Positions 46,845 to 60,998 of a stretch of 64,000 bases of DNA are shown here, piece by piece. The notes beneath the pieces were generated by a model. It did not search any database. It was given only the letters and a program-made list of their open reading frames with translations, and was not told the DNA's origin. Within the stretch, counting starts at the first letter, position 1; every line of letters begins with the position of its first letter. The position numbers were made by a program, and so were the translations under genes. This DNA comes from the human T2T-CHM13v2.0 reference genome, Homo sapiens: the NCBI RefSeq assembly GCF_009914755.1, contig NC_060927.1; one strand, given 5' to 3'.

Positions 46845-47286
46845 AGTTGATTTGAAGGAGTCAGTCAATTAGTCAGTTGATTAGTCAATCAACTGCAAAG
46901 CCATAAGACAAGGTGTTTATTGGGGTTTTATGAATTTCATTTCAGGAAACAAACTCCACTAAAGACCAAATTATGTTCTGAAGAGAGGGATGAGAGTAGA
47001 GATTTTTAAAAGGACTCAGAGTGATCATACCAGTTGTTTTGAAGGAAATATCTTTGGTGTAGGCAACAGGCTTAGTACATGTTCATAGTTCATTGGTTGT
47101 CACTGTATAAGAGTTGCAGCACTGAAGAAATTCACCTGTTTTCCAGGGTGACGCGATCATGGCACTTTGGCCTTGTTCAAAGATTTAAGACAAGTTAATA
47201 CAGTCATTCTTAGAATGGCTTCTGAACTCTATCTTAGAGCTGTGAACCAGGAAGACACCTCTTTGTATATTACATTACATTTCACA
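46845..47286 (-). mobile_element. Unclassified ERV1-like solo LTR
   Basis: Minus strand starts TGTGAAATG, with CCAAT, TTTAAAA and AATAAA in LTR order. Family not recognised. Confidence 0.5.
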
Positions 47287-48279
47287 AAGGTTTAACATTT
47301 TACTATCAAGCTAAATATATATTCAAATACCATGGCTGTGATAAGTTAGTATACAGTTATTAAAATCTACAAAAGATACTGTATTATGAAAATATATATC
47401 ACCTATTTTAAAAGTGAAGTTAAAAGAAGAAACTAATATTTACAATAGTTTAGGGTCTCTGGAACTCAACAAGCATGAGGTCAAATAATATTTATGTCAG
47501 ATTTAAGGTGATTTTCCTTCTCATACTTCCACAAAGGGTTAGTTAACTATATCTTATAGTCTGAGTAAAATGTTGACATAAAATCTTGTCCCTTTCTCGT
47601 ATGTTATAGATATAAATGGATTGGAAGATTATAAGTCATAAGATGGGATTGCTGTTGAAATAAAAATATTGCATGATTCGCCTGACTTCTAGATGAAACC
47701 AAGAAAAACTGCACATTATCCCTTGCATATTACAGTAAAACAAAATTGGAAATAGAACTAGAACCTGAAAAAAATAAGTACAAATTGGAGTAGATACAGT
47801 TAAAACTATAAAATTTATATTACATATATAATACTTGCAACTATAATCTATAAACATACGTGTTCATGGTTATATTCCACTTACTTAAATGCCTAGAGCA
47901 AAATATGTAATCTATTTATTATTGAACCACCTAAAACAGTTATAAAACTATCAATAAACTTTTGAATACTGGAATTTAATTAATTATATCAACATTTAAT
48001 GCAGCGCCTGAGTATAGTGTATAGCTGAGAAAAGAATTAAAACTAATGTAATACCAGATTTCTGTTCTTAAAGAGCTCATAGTCTACAGAATAATTTAGA
48101 TGTAGAAATTAAAATATGGATTTCTGGAAGAGTACTTAAATATAACAAAAACAGAAAACAAGAATAAATAATCAATAACGGAATTTTCTATAAACTTTTT
48201 GTGGAATGTTAAATAATCCAAAATATATCAATCTCACAATAGGTATTTTTTTAAATAGTGCCATTTTGAAATCAATAAT

Positions 48280-50100
48280 TTCAAGCTAGTGTATATCCAG
48301 ACCTACTCCATATCTCACTGAAACCCTGTCTAAAATATAAAACTAAAAGAACCAAAGGAAAAGCCCAAAAACACAAAGATATTCAAGAGAATAAAGCATT
48401 TCCAGCAGATAAAATCGCAGTTAATTTTTCAAAAACAAAGAGGATGAAGGTTGTTTACTGATAATTACATATTACATAAATATAAAATTTAATGTGGGTT
48501 GAGGGAATCTTTATTGAAAATGGAGAGATTCAACTGAAAATATAGGCAGCCTATTAATAATCCTTAATTAAAATACAGGATATCCCTTTGGCTAAAGAAA
48601 GAATTATTTTTAGGGGCAGGAAAGAATTATTCTGGGGAAAGTTAATTCTTTTAGTGTACGCATTAGTTCCACCAAATAAAAACTTTGCATTGAGGTTTTG
48701 GAGAAACCTCATCCTGACAATCCGTTGTCTGACAGCTCTTTCTAATGTGAAATTTGTCCTGACAAAAATACAAACTTCTTACAGTAACAGTTGTCACACT
48801 GAGATACCTAGCAGAGAAGGCCTACTTACAATATACCACAGGACAACTCTCAGCTCTTTTGTTCTTATGCCTGTACTATGAAAAGACAATGACCAAAAAC
48901 ATATGAACAGATCAGTAATATGTTAAAAAAAAATACCAGTTTATAACAATATCAGAAAAAATGCAATATTCGAAAAAGACATAATAATTTGGCAAAGAAA
49001 AGAGAACTTTAAAAAACAACTTGAATAAATATACTCACAATAGTAAGACACCCTTAAAGTAAGAATTTTGTGCCATGAAGTGAGCAGAAAACTCTGTATA
49101 GTGCTCTTGGAGATTAAAAAGCAGGCAAGGAGGCAAAGTCTTCTTAAAGTTTTGGGGTAATGTTTGTAACCGAGCAGGATATACTCAGTAAAGTATCGAG
49201 AAAATATAACATGAAATCATTATCAAACATAAACATCCTTAAAATATTTTTCTCTTTTGTACCCTTCACTTAGAAATTTAGTTGAGATTATCTTCAGCAA
49301 AATGGGGAAGTAAATGAAAGAGTAGAAGTGTATAAGATCTAGAAAATGGCAGTGCTATACCAGAGAACATGAGGTTTTCAGGGATGGGAAGATAGGGTTA
49401 TCAGGAGAGACAACTGATTTTTTAAATGAAACACTTGAAAGAATAATAAAACCTTAATATTTAATAAAAAATGAAAAATTTAGAGGAACAAATATTTTTT
49501 TAAAAAATTAACAATTCAAATATAAAGCTAATTAAAATGTGGCCTGATTATAAAAAACAAACAAGAAACTAAGAACATATAAAAAAGTGAGAGAAAAAGA
49601 ATCAGTTTAGGCTTGATGCTACATAAACAAAAAATCTCCTTCAAGTGCCCTAGAGATCCAGACACATTACCTATAGAGAAAAAAATAAAATCCCAGAACT
49701 CTACTTGAAGTGAAAATAATTGCATAATCACAGCAAGATAAATGCCATTAATTTTTTTTTCAACATCTAGGATCAACCTAGGGAAAAAGTGCAGAAGACT
49801 TGGCAGTCAGAGAGAGCATGAATATTAATGACTTGGCAATAATAAAAGCAATAGTGTAGATATTGATAGAAGGCAGACCACAGATATTGAGTGAAGGTAT
49901 TAGGAGAAAAGTTGGAAGTATGTGGAATCTAATAGCATCATCTCACATAAAGTTTTCTTGAAAGACTGAAATAAAAGTGTATTGTTAATAATTTATAATT
50001 GAAAAACAAAAAGTATACCAATGTCAGATATTAGGAGGTGTAGGGGGAGGGATAGTTCCAACTTCCATAGCATAAAATTTTTAGATACATCTTGGCACTG
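48280..50100 (+). mobile_element. HAL1/old L1 ORF1-type fossil
   Basis: ttatcttcagcaaaatggggaagtaaatgaaagagtagaag resembles the HAL1 signature. Boundaries approximate. Confidence 0.45.
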
Positions 50101-51099
50101 AAAATTAAAGCATATCTTGAAACTGCTTTTTCTTGATTACCATAAACTAATTTCCATGTTACTTTTTCCTCCTGGGTTAACTGAAATTACCCAAAACAAT
50201 TACCACCCTTCAAAATCTGAGCTTTTCCCTTTCTTTGTCACTACCGTAAGTTCTTCATCTCAAATAATCATATAAATCTCAAATGCAAAAACGTATTCTT
50301 CACTGTTGATACACTGAGTCTGTGATGGCAACTGTTTCTTTTTTCAGATCTTCAAATGTAAGCTGAGATTCATTTTGAAATCACCATGAGGAATAGAAAT
50401 CATTTAAATATTGATGGCCTCATTTGTCTCTGCTTTTAAACAGATTAAATAGCTCACAAAAGATTCAATAACAATATTTAGAATTTTAAAGTGTAATGTC
50501 AGGGTTCATTAGAAAATCCAGGATAACAGAAAATAGCTGAATTCAAATATACCTGAGATTTTCTTGCTATTTTGCTTTTGTTCTGAATAGTTATCTTATC
50601 TGGGCTGAAAAGACAGAAGGTATTGGACAGTCCAGTGAGAATTTGCTACCTAACATCATTGCTTTTCAAGAGCTCAAGATGTTAGTTTTTTTACTCATTG
50701 GAATTTTAAAATATTGTCTTTCAAAATATCTCTATTGGTTAAAAAATAAACATAGAAAAATAATATTTGTAGAAATTATGTGAGATAAAGCAAATGTAGA
50801 TATGAAAATTTTCTTTGCCAAAATAATTACACATGGACATGCACACATCTCAAGATATTTCTAAAAGTCATAACGAACATTTTCAAATATGAACAGTTCA
50901 GCCTATACTAGAAGAGAAAGGGAATTGAAATATTCAGTGGATATTAAAACTAAAGTATTAAGAATATATTTAGTCAGAAGTTACTATTTTAAGTTTCAAA
51001 AACGATAGAATTGAAACCAGCCCAATTTTCTCATAGAACTGATATTTACAAGTTTTTATAATAAACATCAAAATTGACCCTCTGTCTTTAAATTTGAAA

Positions 51100-51429
51100 T
51101 TTATCTTTGTCTCATCTGAGTCCCTTCCTCTGGAACCCTCAGGCAAGGAACTAAAACTCAGACCACTACATCCAGACAACGAGACGCCAGACCTCTCATC
51201 TATGATAATTACTCCTTAGCCCTCCCTAATTTTTCTCAATTTCCCTCACTATATAAACTCCACAGTTTTGATCTGTTGGGTAGACAGATTTGAGACTGAT
51301 ACCTTGTTCTCCTCAGCTATAGCACAGGAATAAATCCTTCTTCCCTGGTAATACTTGTTATCTCAGTGATTGACTTTTTGTGCTGTAAGCAACAGATCCT
51401 AGGCTGCACCCCTGCAGTTCTGTTGTACA
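51100..51429 (+). mobile_element. MER39/MER34-like LTR, 5' truncated
   Basis: tatataaac, gatttgagactgat and ccttcttccctggtaatacttgttatctcagtgattg. Confidence 0.7.
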
Positions 51430-51660
51430 GAACTGTACAACCAAAAGAGTGAACTCTAATGTAAACTTCGAATTTTACTAAATAGTAATGTATCACTATT
51501 TGTTCATCTTATAACAAATGTTCAACTTATAACAAATGTAACAAAGCAAGCTATAAATTACAGAGAAACGTGCAGGAAGGAAAGATAATATGGACACTTT
51601 TTTATTCAATTTTTCTGTAAACCAAAAACTTCCTGAAAAAAGCAAGTAATAAAAAAAACT
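51430..51660 (+). mobile_element. L1MD/L1MC-like 3' end fragment
   Basis: gaactgtacaaccaaaagagtgaactctaatgtaaac ... caatttttctgtaaaccaaaaact. Confidence 0.65.
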
Positions 51661-51694
51661 TGATAAGTGATTTTCCAAAATGATCACATTATTA

Positions 51695-51927
51695 CAGTCA
51701 TCCCTCGGTATACAATGAGGATTGGCTCCAGGACATCCTCATGTAACAAAATCCACACATACTCAAGGGCAGTTGGCCTTGTGGAACTGGTTATAGGAAA
51801 AGTTGGCCTCTGTATTTGTGGGTTTTGCATCCTGGAAATACTATATTTTCCATGCATGTTTGCTTGAAAACAGTCCACTAAAAGCGTACCTGCACAATTC
51901 AGGCCTGTGTTGTTCAAGAGTCAACTG
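51695..51927 (+). mobile_element. MER8 (Tigger-family MITE)
   Basis: cagtcatccctcggtata ... gttgttcaagagtcaactg with TA on both sides. Confidence 0.88.
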
Positions 51928-52912
51928 TACTTAGATTTGGCTTTATTCTATCTAATCAGTATTAACCCTGTGTCTTCTAAACCACTCACATTATTTTAAG
52001 CAAATGCCCTATATTTGATTTTGGGAACATAGAATCTAGACTACTTGAATGATTTCCCAAAGTTGAATAGCTTACAAGAAATAGAGGCAATCAAATCAAG
52101 TCTTAGTTGTTTTGTTTGACATAAGATTATGTTGTATTATTTACTATTAAAAGTAGTTTAAGGAAATACTGGCACTTGCCATACTCAAATTAAGTACAAT
52201 CACAGACTCCAATGGAAAGGTGGAGCTACAAGAACATACAATAATTTCATAATAGAAATTCACTGGTTTCCTACCTGATTTTAATTAGACTTGTCCTGTT
52301 TTTCTTCCCTCCAACCTATGACTACATTTTACCATTAGATTTTTGTACCTAAGTCACAATCTTCATTCTTCAGTTGAACAATAGTTTCTTAGTTAGAATT
52401 CATCTCTTTTTTGCAAGCAGTGTGAACCTTCTTAAGCAGTTGTGCCAAAGGAAGAACTGAATATAAAAATGCCTATGTTCCTCTCACACTCCACAGTTTC
52501 CAGTATAGCCAAACCTCAGGAAGATACTGGAATTAGGAACTAGAAATTTCTTTCTCGTCATCTACTTTCTGCTTCTGTCTCTACAGACTTGCTTTTTCTG
52601 CCTTCCTAAATTCATAGAGGAATATGACTGTCTCATGACACATCAGGTTTTTCTTCTTTAAAACATCCCTAGTTCCCACGTAAAACACAAACTCAATCAG
52701 AAATTCTAATTAAAATTTGTCTGAAAGAATAATTCGGACAGGTCTAGCTTTAGGAAGGAATCTAACCCTAAATCTCTGAACCATAAGCAAGTTTGGGAGT
52801 GATGAGAGGGTTATAAAATATTAATATGGCTTATGGGGAGTCACCCTGGTAACTAAGGGGACAGTTTTCTTATTAATATTGATCTGGATTAATGTCTGCT
52901 ATATATTGGTTA

Positions 52913-53323
<411 letters not shown>

Positions 53324-53914
53324 TCACTAAACTACTGCATAATAAGATCATACATATATTGGATTCACTGCTGAAAAAGCTTTGATGGTTTCAAATTTTT
53401 TTAAAGTTTCAACTTCTCAGGATGGAATCAATGTATTCGAGTATCTAACTTACCTTTTTAATGTCTTTTCCAAACAGACACAATACAGTACACAATGAAT
53501 GTGTATCTATATTTTGCTAACTAAATTATATGTTCCTTTAGTGTTGATTTCATTCTAAATGACTTTTCAAGAGTAATTACTGTATTTTATAATTCTGTCA
53601 TGACACTGAAATAAGCACATACTTAGGTACACTGTGTGCGTGTGTGTATGTGTGTGTGTATGTATAAAATGAACAGATGCACAGATAAATTTAGCCACTG
53701 TTTATATTATTTGGTAACTTAAACTTTTAGCGACAAATTTATATTGGTAAATACTGATTAATGGGTTTCACTTTCTGTTTCTGGCCTAGTCAGTCTTTTC
53801 AGCCTGTTTAAGAAAGTGATGGAAAAAAATCCCTTATGGTTAATTACTAAATGTTTATGTTAGTAAAAATACATAAAGACATAATCGACTGAAATGTCTG
53901 GAAATAATTTATTG

Positions 53915-54195
53915 CAGGGGACCCCTACCACCAGACCTGTCCGTGGACTGTTAGGAGCCAAGCGGCACAGCAGAGGTGAGCAGTGGGCTAGTGAGCATTA
54001 CTGCCTGAGCTCCGACTCCTGTCAGATCAGCAGGCGCATTAGACTCTCATAGAAACGTGAAACCTATTGTGAACTGCACATGTCAGGCATCTAGGTTGTG
54101 TGCTCTTTAAGGAAATATAATGCCCCACACCTCATTTATGGAAAATTTTCCTCCACAAAACTGGTTCCTGGTGCCAAAAATGTTAGGAATTGCTG
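53915..54195 (+). mobile_element. MER1B (hAT-Charlie MITE)
   Basis: caggggacccc ... gttaggaattgctg; perfect 8-bp TSD atttattg. Confidence 0.92.
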
Positions 54196-54220
54196 ATTTA
54201 TTGCCCTAAGATATCCAACA

Positions 54221-54548
54221 GGCTGGACGCAGTGTCTCAGGCCTGTAATCCCAGCACTTTGGGAGACCGAGGCAGGAGGATCACTTGAGGTCAGGAGTTC
54301 AAGACCAGCCTGGTCAACACGGTGAAAACCCGTCTCTACTAACAATACAAAAAAAAAATTAGCCGGGTGTAGTGGCACACGCCTGTAATACCAGCTACTC
54401 AGGAGGCTGAGGCAGGAGAATCTCTTGAAATCCAGGAGGCAGAGGCTGCAGTGAACCAAGATCGTGCCACTGCACTCCAGCCTAGGCGAGAGAGAGGGAG
54501 CGAGACTCCACTGGGGGTGCGAGAGGTGGTGGGGGGTGCGAAAAAAAA
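54221..54548 (+). mobile_element. Alu (Sz-like) with a G-rich tail
   Basis: Dimeric Alu; TSD aagatatccaaca / aagatatctaaca. Confidence 0.95.
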
Positions 54549-55789
54549 AAGATATCTAACAAAATGAATAAGACAGCTGATCAGTTGATGAGCAGAAAGT
54601 TAAACATATTTTTTACATAAAGTCTGGAACATTTGCCTAATAGGAATTTAATATTGCCAATGAGACATTATAGAATTGTTATTTTGTATAACTTTAGGAA
54701 CACAATCAGTTTCTCTCTTTACCCTCTTTTTCTCACTCTCTCTTTCTCTTTCTTTCCTTCTCTTTCTCTCTTTAAATAATCCATACTGATTAAAATCGTT
54801 TAGTATATCAGGGCAATGCCTTTAAATATGATTCAATAGATACCCCTCTATTTACAATACATGTAAAATTGATATCTGTGTGTAGACAGAGTAGGAATGA
54901 CAAAGTAATTACACAGGAATTGATTCATTTCTAATATTAATTTGAAAAAAGAAATTAATGAAACATGTTATATTGACCAATGCCATTTGTGAAAACCACG
55001 TTTTAACTTTCTATTTGTATTATGTAAATCTTTTCTTTGAAGAAAACTTTTATATGTTCAATTTTAATTATTTCTGCTAGATTTCTTGTAGTTGTGTTTG
55101 TTCTTATATCAAAAAATTGAAGATGTAATATGCTAATAGTATTGCATTGCTGTAATGTTGCATGTATGACTTGACAAACCATTTTATTTATAAATTATAA
55201 ACTCATGAGTCAATTTATATTTGTCACTGATTAAATGGGCTCTTGAGTTCTGTTACTTTTTGATTAGGACATTAATTGCATCAAGCCGACATGGACTCTA
55301 TCCAAGATAGTTAAAAATAAGGGAAGTTTAATGGTGCTGTGGCAAAAATATTGGAGGTTTTATTTTCCCTCTGGATAGGCAGAACCATTTAGTGGATTTT
55401 GTAAAATATTAAATGTGTATAGAAAATTCATCAATTACTGAAAATAATGTCATGTCAGTATATCATATTAATAACAGATCACATGTATTGGTCTTATTAA
55501 ATTTCTATTTAGCTTTTTGTGAAAAAACAGAAATACTAATTATTTCCCCTCTTTATCCATTGAGAACATTATATACACTCTCATGCACACAACATCAGGT
55601 AGTAAACATGAAAGTCTGTGCTGTTTCACAGGAGGCTATAATTTACTTTCTTCTGGAATTTTGATTCACACTAGAAGTGAAATTCTACTATCAAGTACTA
55701 GTGTCACATGTTGGCCCTTAATATAAGTTCACTTTCAAAAATGAGTTTCACTACTGCTCAAATGCCTCATCTAGCAAAGAAAATATTAG

Positions 55790-56090
55790 GCAGAAACCAA
55801 ATATTGCATGTTTTCACTCATAAGTGTGAGCTAAATGATAAAAACTCATGAACATGAAGAAGAGAACAATAGACTTTGGGGTCTGTTGGGGATGGAGTAG
55901 TGCCGAGTGGAGTGGAGGGCAGACGGTGGGAGAGGAGCAGAAAAGGTATCTACTGGGTGCTAGGCTTAATACTTGGGTTATGAAATAACCTGTATAACAA
56001 ATGCTGGTGACACGAGTTCACCTATGTAACAAACCTTCACAGGTACCCCCAAACCTAAAAATTAAAAAAAAATAATAAATAAAACTAAGA
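55790..56090 (+). mobile_element. Short 5'-truncated L1PA (PA12/13-like) 3' end
   Basis: cacctatgtaacaaaccttcac...aaacctaaaa plus A-rich tail; perfect 14-bp TSD aaagaaaatattag. Confidence 0.9.
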
Positions 56091-56345
56091 AAAGAAAATA
56101 TTAGATTAGAAAGATGATTAAACTTCAGTTCACTTAAGTTACAAATTTTCTCATTTTTTCATGTATGCATTCTAATTTCCATGTATTGGAAATCCTATTT
56201 TCTGCACCTCCAGAAATACTTAACAAGTGTTAATTCTGGTGCCACTTCTATTTATGGAAAAAGTAGTCTAAGAAGAAACATTAAAAAGGAAAATGTTAAA
56301 ATGCTTAATGTAAAATGTATCCAGTGAAATCAATGCAAAAGTAGC

Positions 56346-56346
<1 letters not shown>

Positions 56347-56388
<42 letters not shown>
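56347..56388. repeat. (AC)n microsatellite, about 21 units
   Basis: Directly visible. Confidence 0.97.
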
Positions 56389-56393
<5 letters not shown>

Positions 56394-56957
56394 CCTTTCA
56401 AATTTCCCAAACAATTTCCTCATGAATGCTGTTATGCAGAGACTGTTCTTTATTTCTAAGAAGAGGTAAATTGGGCATTATTTTTACTGAAATTAATAGA
56501 AGAATTTCATGTACCCTTTCTCTGTAGCTGGAAAAAGTACTTACCTAGACTGATTTGCTTTTTGTCTCAGTAACATTTTTAGTTTGGGCATAGAATTATT
56601 TCTTAATGTTTTACACTATGATTATTTCAGAGCTCTTTCAGCTCCTATGTATGGTTTTCATAAAGCAAAATTGAAAAGTATGTATCTTTAGAAATAAAAT
56701 AAACTCAATCCCTAGGCTATCATATTATCTCCACTGACATATTTACGGAATCAGAATTGAAGGTTAAATGTCTCTTGATATGAGGATTCAGTATCCCTAT
56801 GCCTGCCACCAAAATAAGTACAATAATATGCGATAGAAAATAGTAATTCAGAATATTTTATTAATGCACCATTATTTCAAAAAGTCACCAAAGAGGGGAA
56901 AACCCCATATAAGTGGATCTCATGGAAATGAAAAAATGACTGTGAACTGATTGTGGC

Positions 56958-57321
56958 TGCTAGGGTCTTAATATTTGTATACTTCTAAAATTCGTATGTT
57001 GAAATCCTAACCCCCAAAGTAATAATAGTATGAATTTGGACTTTTGGGAGATGATTAGGCCATGAGGGCAGAGTCCTCATGAAAAGGATTAGTGTTCTTA
57101 TAAACGAGATCCCAGGCAGCCTGTTTACCCCTTCGTGCATGTGAGATGACAGTGAGAAGACAGCTTGTCAATGCGGAAGCAGGCCCCCAACAGATACTGA
57201 ATCTGCCAACACCTTGATCTTAGACTACCCAGTCTCCAGAACCGTGAAAAATAAATTGCTGTTGTTTATAAGCCTCCCAGTTTATGGTGTTTTCTTGTAA
57301 AAGCAGGGATGGACTAAGACA
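56958..57321 (+). mobile_element. MLT1A/A0 MaLR solo LTR
   Basis: aaattcgtatgttgaaatcctaacccc, ccatgagggcagagtcctcatg, ending ggactaagaca. Confidence 0.85.
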
Positions 57322-59919
57322 AAGACCTTCTTAAACTGGGGAAAAAATTGTTTTCTCAATCGCGAACTAGAAATTACAAAAGAAAATATTGCTTCTCTGT
57401 GTATTTCTCATTTGGTATAATTTTACAATTCACCCTCTGACCTGTGAAAATATCATTAAAATACCCACTAGAGTTTCTTGCACTGTCTAAACAGAGAAGG
57501 AAAACTTCCTTGTGAATACTGTGACGTTAGTTCTTTGTATAGCTGCAAAACTCATCAGCATGATAAACCTGGCAATGAAAATCAGAGAATTTTGGAGCTC
57601 ACACATGCTGTTTCATTTAATACATTACAGTTACTTATGGTATAAACTTTGATTTAATGCAGCCTGGAGAAGCTTCATCACCTCATAAATGGTTAACAAT
57701 TAGATATGCCCACAATACTCGCTCATAGATCTGAATAAAATGTTAACAGTTTCTGCCAGCCACATCATTAAAGTCAATTGTAGTTCATCACTTATGCCCA
57801 TACCTGACAGAATTATTACACCGTCACTATTAACATATAGCAATTACTTGGTATATGCCTTTATGGAAGGTTATCAGTCAGTGAATTTTGATGTAATAAA
57901 CACGCCTTATAGATCAACTTCAGCATCAAAATGAAGCTGTTTTGAGTAAAACAGAAATAACAGAAATATAATAATATATGTTCCCTTCTTCAGAGAATCC
58001 TTTATTGACAAAGTTAGAAAACTTGTCTTTACTGAAAATTCCACATATCATCTATTAAAGCACTTTTGAAATTGGTGCTTCTAAAATTGCAAGATGACTC
58101 ACAAAATTAAAACCACGAAGTTAACTTGCTCAGTTGAGTCTTACCCTTAGAAAAGGAATAGATTCTGCTTCAAGTCCTGTGCTACTTCTACTACATTATG
58201 CCAACTCTGAGAATACAGCCAGTTCTTGGTATTGGAGTTGCACTTATAGCAATGTCTGCTTTGGATTAAATTCACTTCAATGACAAGTGACAGCAGTGTT
58301 CTTAGGCAATCTATTGTTGGGTGTGCAGAAGCAGAGAAGACAGAGTAAAAAGTGCTAGGACATGGTGAAGGACAAATAGGAGCAATGGAGCAAAGCTGTT
58401 TCACATTAGGAAACAGTAGCAGTAGAGAGAATCCTTGAAGTCTGGAAATATAGTATCAGTAGGATCATTTTTAAGCAAAAGTGTCATCAGTTTCTCTGTG
58501 AAATATAAAAGATATTCCTTGATTATAACTCTATTAATTTAGAAAAAAAGTATTATAAAAAGTAGAAGAGTTCAAATTATTGATATTTTTAGTCACATTG
58601 ACATGTCTTACCACTTCAAAGTGATTGTAGACAGTAAAATCACATCATTAAAATAGAGAATTATATATCCTATGACAAAATAATACAAAATTAACTAAAA
58701 TTAATATTTTTATAGACCTAATCCTAACTTCAAATATATCACCTAGACACAATTTTTGAAACTCTCAATCATGGGTGATCACAGGAAAGGTTTTCGTCCT
58801 ATCCATTTTTTCCCCCATATATTTCTAGAGCCATATGCTGACTTGCTTTGGAATGCTGTTATCCTTGAATTGGTCTTTAAATTTCAAATAGACAGAATCT
58901 GCTCTTATCACTCAGATCTTCAAAGTTTATGTTTTACAAATACTTTATCATTTGTGTTTCTATGGTTTTTTTTTAATCCTTTATTGCCTAGTAAATGCTG
59001 ATGCCTGACTATTGTCACTGCCTTGAGTTTCTGTGTCATCCAACTGTTTTCCTCCCAAGTGTGCTCTTCCAACTTGATAAAATTCCTAATATCCTTGTCC
59101 ACTAGAACATCTTTTAGAATAAACTTAACCTCAAAATGTCCCCTTCCTCATTACAGTTATAACCTGTCAGGTTCTAATTTATCTCAGTTTATTATTTTAT
59201 TCCAAATACATTTTATTTCAAGAACAATTTATCCCAAGCACACTTTAATAAGTCTACAAATGTCTCACATTCTACTTTCAAGTCACTTTCTTAGATTTTT
59301 TAAATAAATAGGTGTTATATAAACAATAAATTTAGAAATTCTTTCACTAGACAATTAAATCTTTGTCATTGGGCCAAGGTCTAAACTTTCGGCTTATTTT
59401 TATCTTCAGAAAAGATTCCCCATACCAGTAGACAAATCAGTGCCATACAGATTCCCCAATTGCTTAGTCAAGTTGGCTATTCAGTCCAATAGAAAACTGA
59501 ATATGTCAAATTGTATATAGAGTTTGCAGTATTTATTGTAAAAACCTGAATCAATAGCTAATTATATGTAAATTTAGAGAAATGTTTATATGTAGTTGGA
59601 ACCATTTATTGGTAATTGGATTATGAAATTTTATCAGAATTTGTAATCTGTATGATATGGAAATAATGCACGTTTTGGGTACCTTTCTAACATGTACACC
59701 TAGGTTTCAAAATCAAGTTGAATCAAATGTCATCACAGGGGCCCTTGAAAACACTTGTGGAATTCTTCCTATTGTATAAAACTTGAATAAATGTATATGA
59801 GGAAATTCATAATTCTTGCTTAGTAATAATCTGAAATTCTGTGAATTTGAGCTATAAAATTGTAAATATTGTGTCCCTTTAGTATTTATTATGCACTGGG
59901 AAAATTTGTGAGTACTTGA

Positions 59920-60090
59920 TATGCATTTCCTTATTTAATTAATACATTATGCCTTGAGGTGAGTACCATGATTACTCCAATTTATTAATGAGGAAATTGA
60001 GACACAATAATATCATCACCATGCCCAAAAGCCACAGAAACAAAATGTGGAAGCGAAGGTTTTAATTCTCATGCTACTGCTCTTAATCAT
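59920..60090 (-). mobile_element. MIR SINE fragment
   Basis: Core atgaggaaattgagacaca...tgcccaaaagccacag. Confidence 0.6.
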
Positions 60091-60189
60091 TGAGCAAAAA
60101 AAAGTTGAACATATATATATACACACACACACACTCACATATAATTTTGTTATAACATATATGTGTGTGTGTGTGTGTGTGTTTTTCAT

Positions 60190-60397
60190 TATAGCATAGT
60201 GATTCCACACTCTGGGGCTAAACTGACAAGGTTTGAAATTGAATCACGTTACCACTTATAAACTGTCTGTAATGAGCCAAACTACCTAACCTCTCTGCTT
60301 AAGTTTTCTTATCTATAAAACAAATATAATAATAGCACTGAAGTCATATAATTATTGTGAAGAATAAATGAGCTAATATATGTAAAGTGCTTTAAAA
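60190..60397 (+). mobile_element. MIR SINE
   Basis: taacctctctgcttaagttttcttatctataaaa...ataaatgagctaatatatgtaaagtgctt. Confidence 0.8.
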
Positions 60398-60998
60398 GCT
60401 TTTGTATGCTCACCTGTATGTACATTTATAGATAAGAATGAGTTTAGAGTATGTTGAACTTTAATTAACATCTTCTGTTACTTCATTCCCCCCATAATTT
60501 TAAAGTTAGTCTTAAGTTTGCCTTCTCCTTAATGTCATGATTTAGGAAATATTCTTTGGTATGTCTATGAGAAAAAAAATCCCAATTTCTCTGACTTGGG
60601 TATTCTTGTTGGCAATGTGGAATAGTAGAAAATGTGTGTGGTCATTAAATTGCACTGGCCAGTAATCAAATCAAGTAGCATCTGTGGTTTGCTCAGACTA
60701 AATATCTTACCTTTGATGATTTATCATATTGATTTGCTTCTCATATAGCCTTTCAAAAGTGGAAATATGAGAGTCAGCATTGTGATTCAGGATCTTTTGT
60801 ATTATCTTCTGTGTTATCATGATGCAATAAAATAAGTAGTAGAATTATGGTTTTTGTGACCTGAACAAACTTATAATAAGGGCATTATAAATATAATATT
60901 ATAAGGCTATTATAATAAGGGCAGGCCACACATTGATGCAAACAAAAAAATGTATAGTGATGGTTTTCAATATTGTCCACATCCTCAAAATAGTGTCA

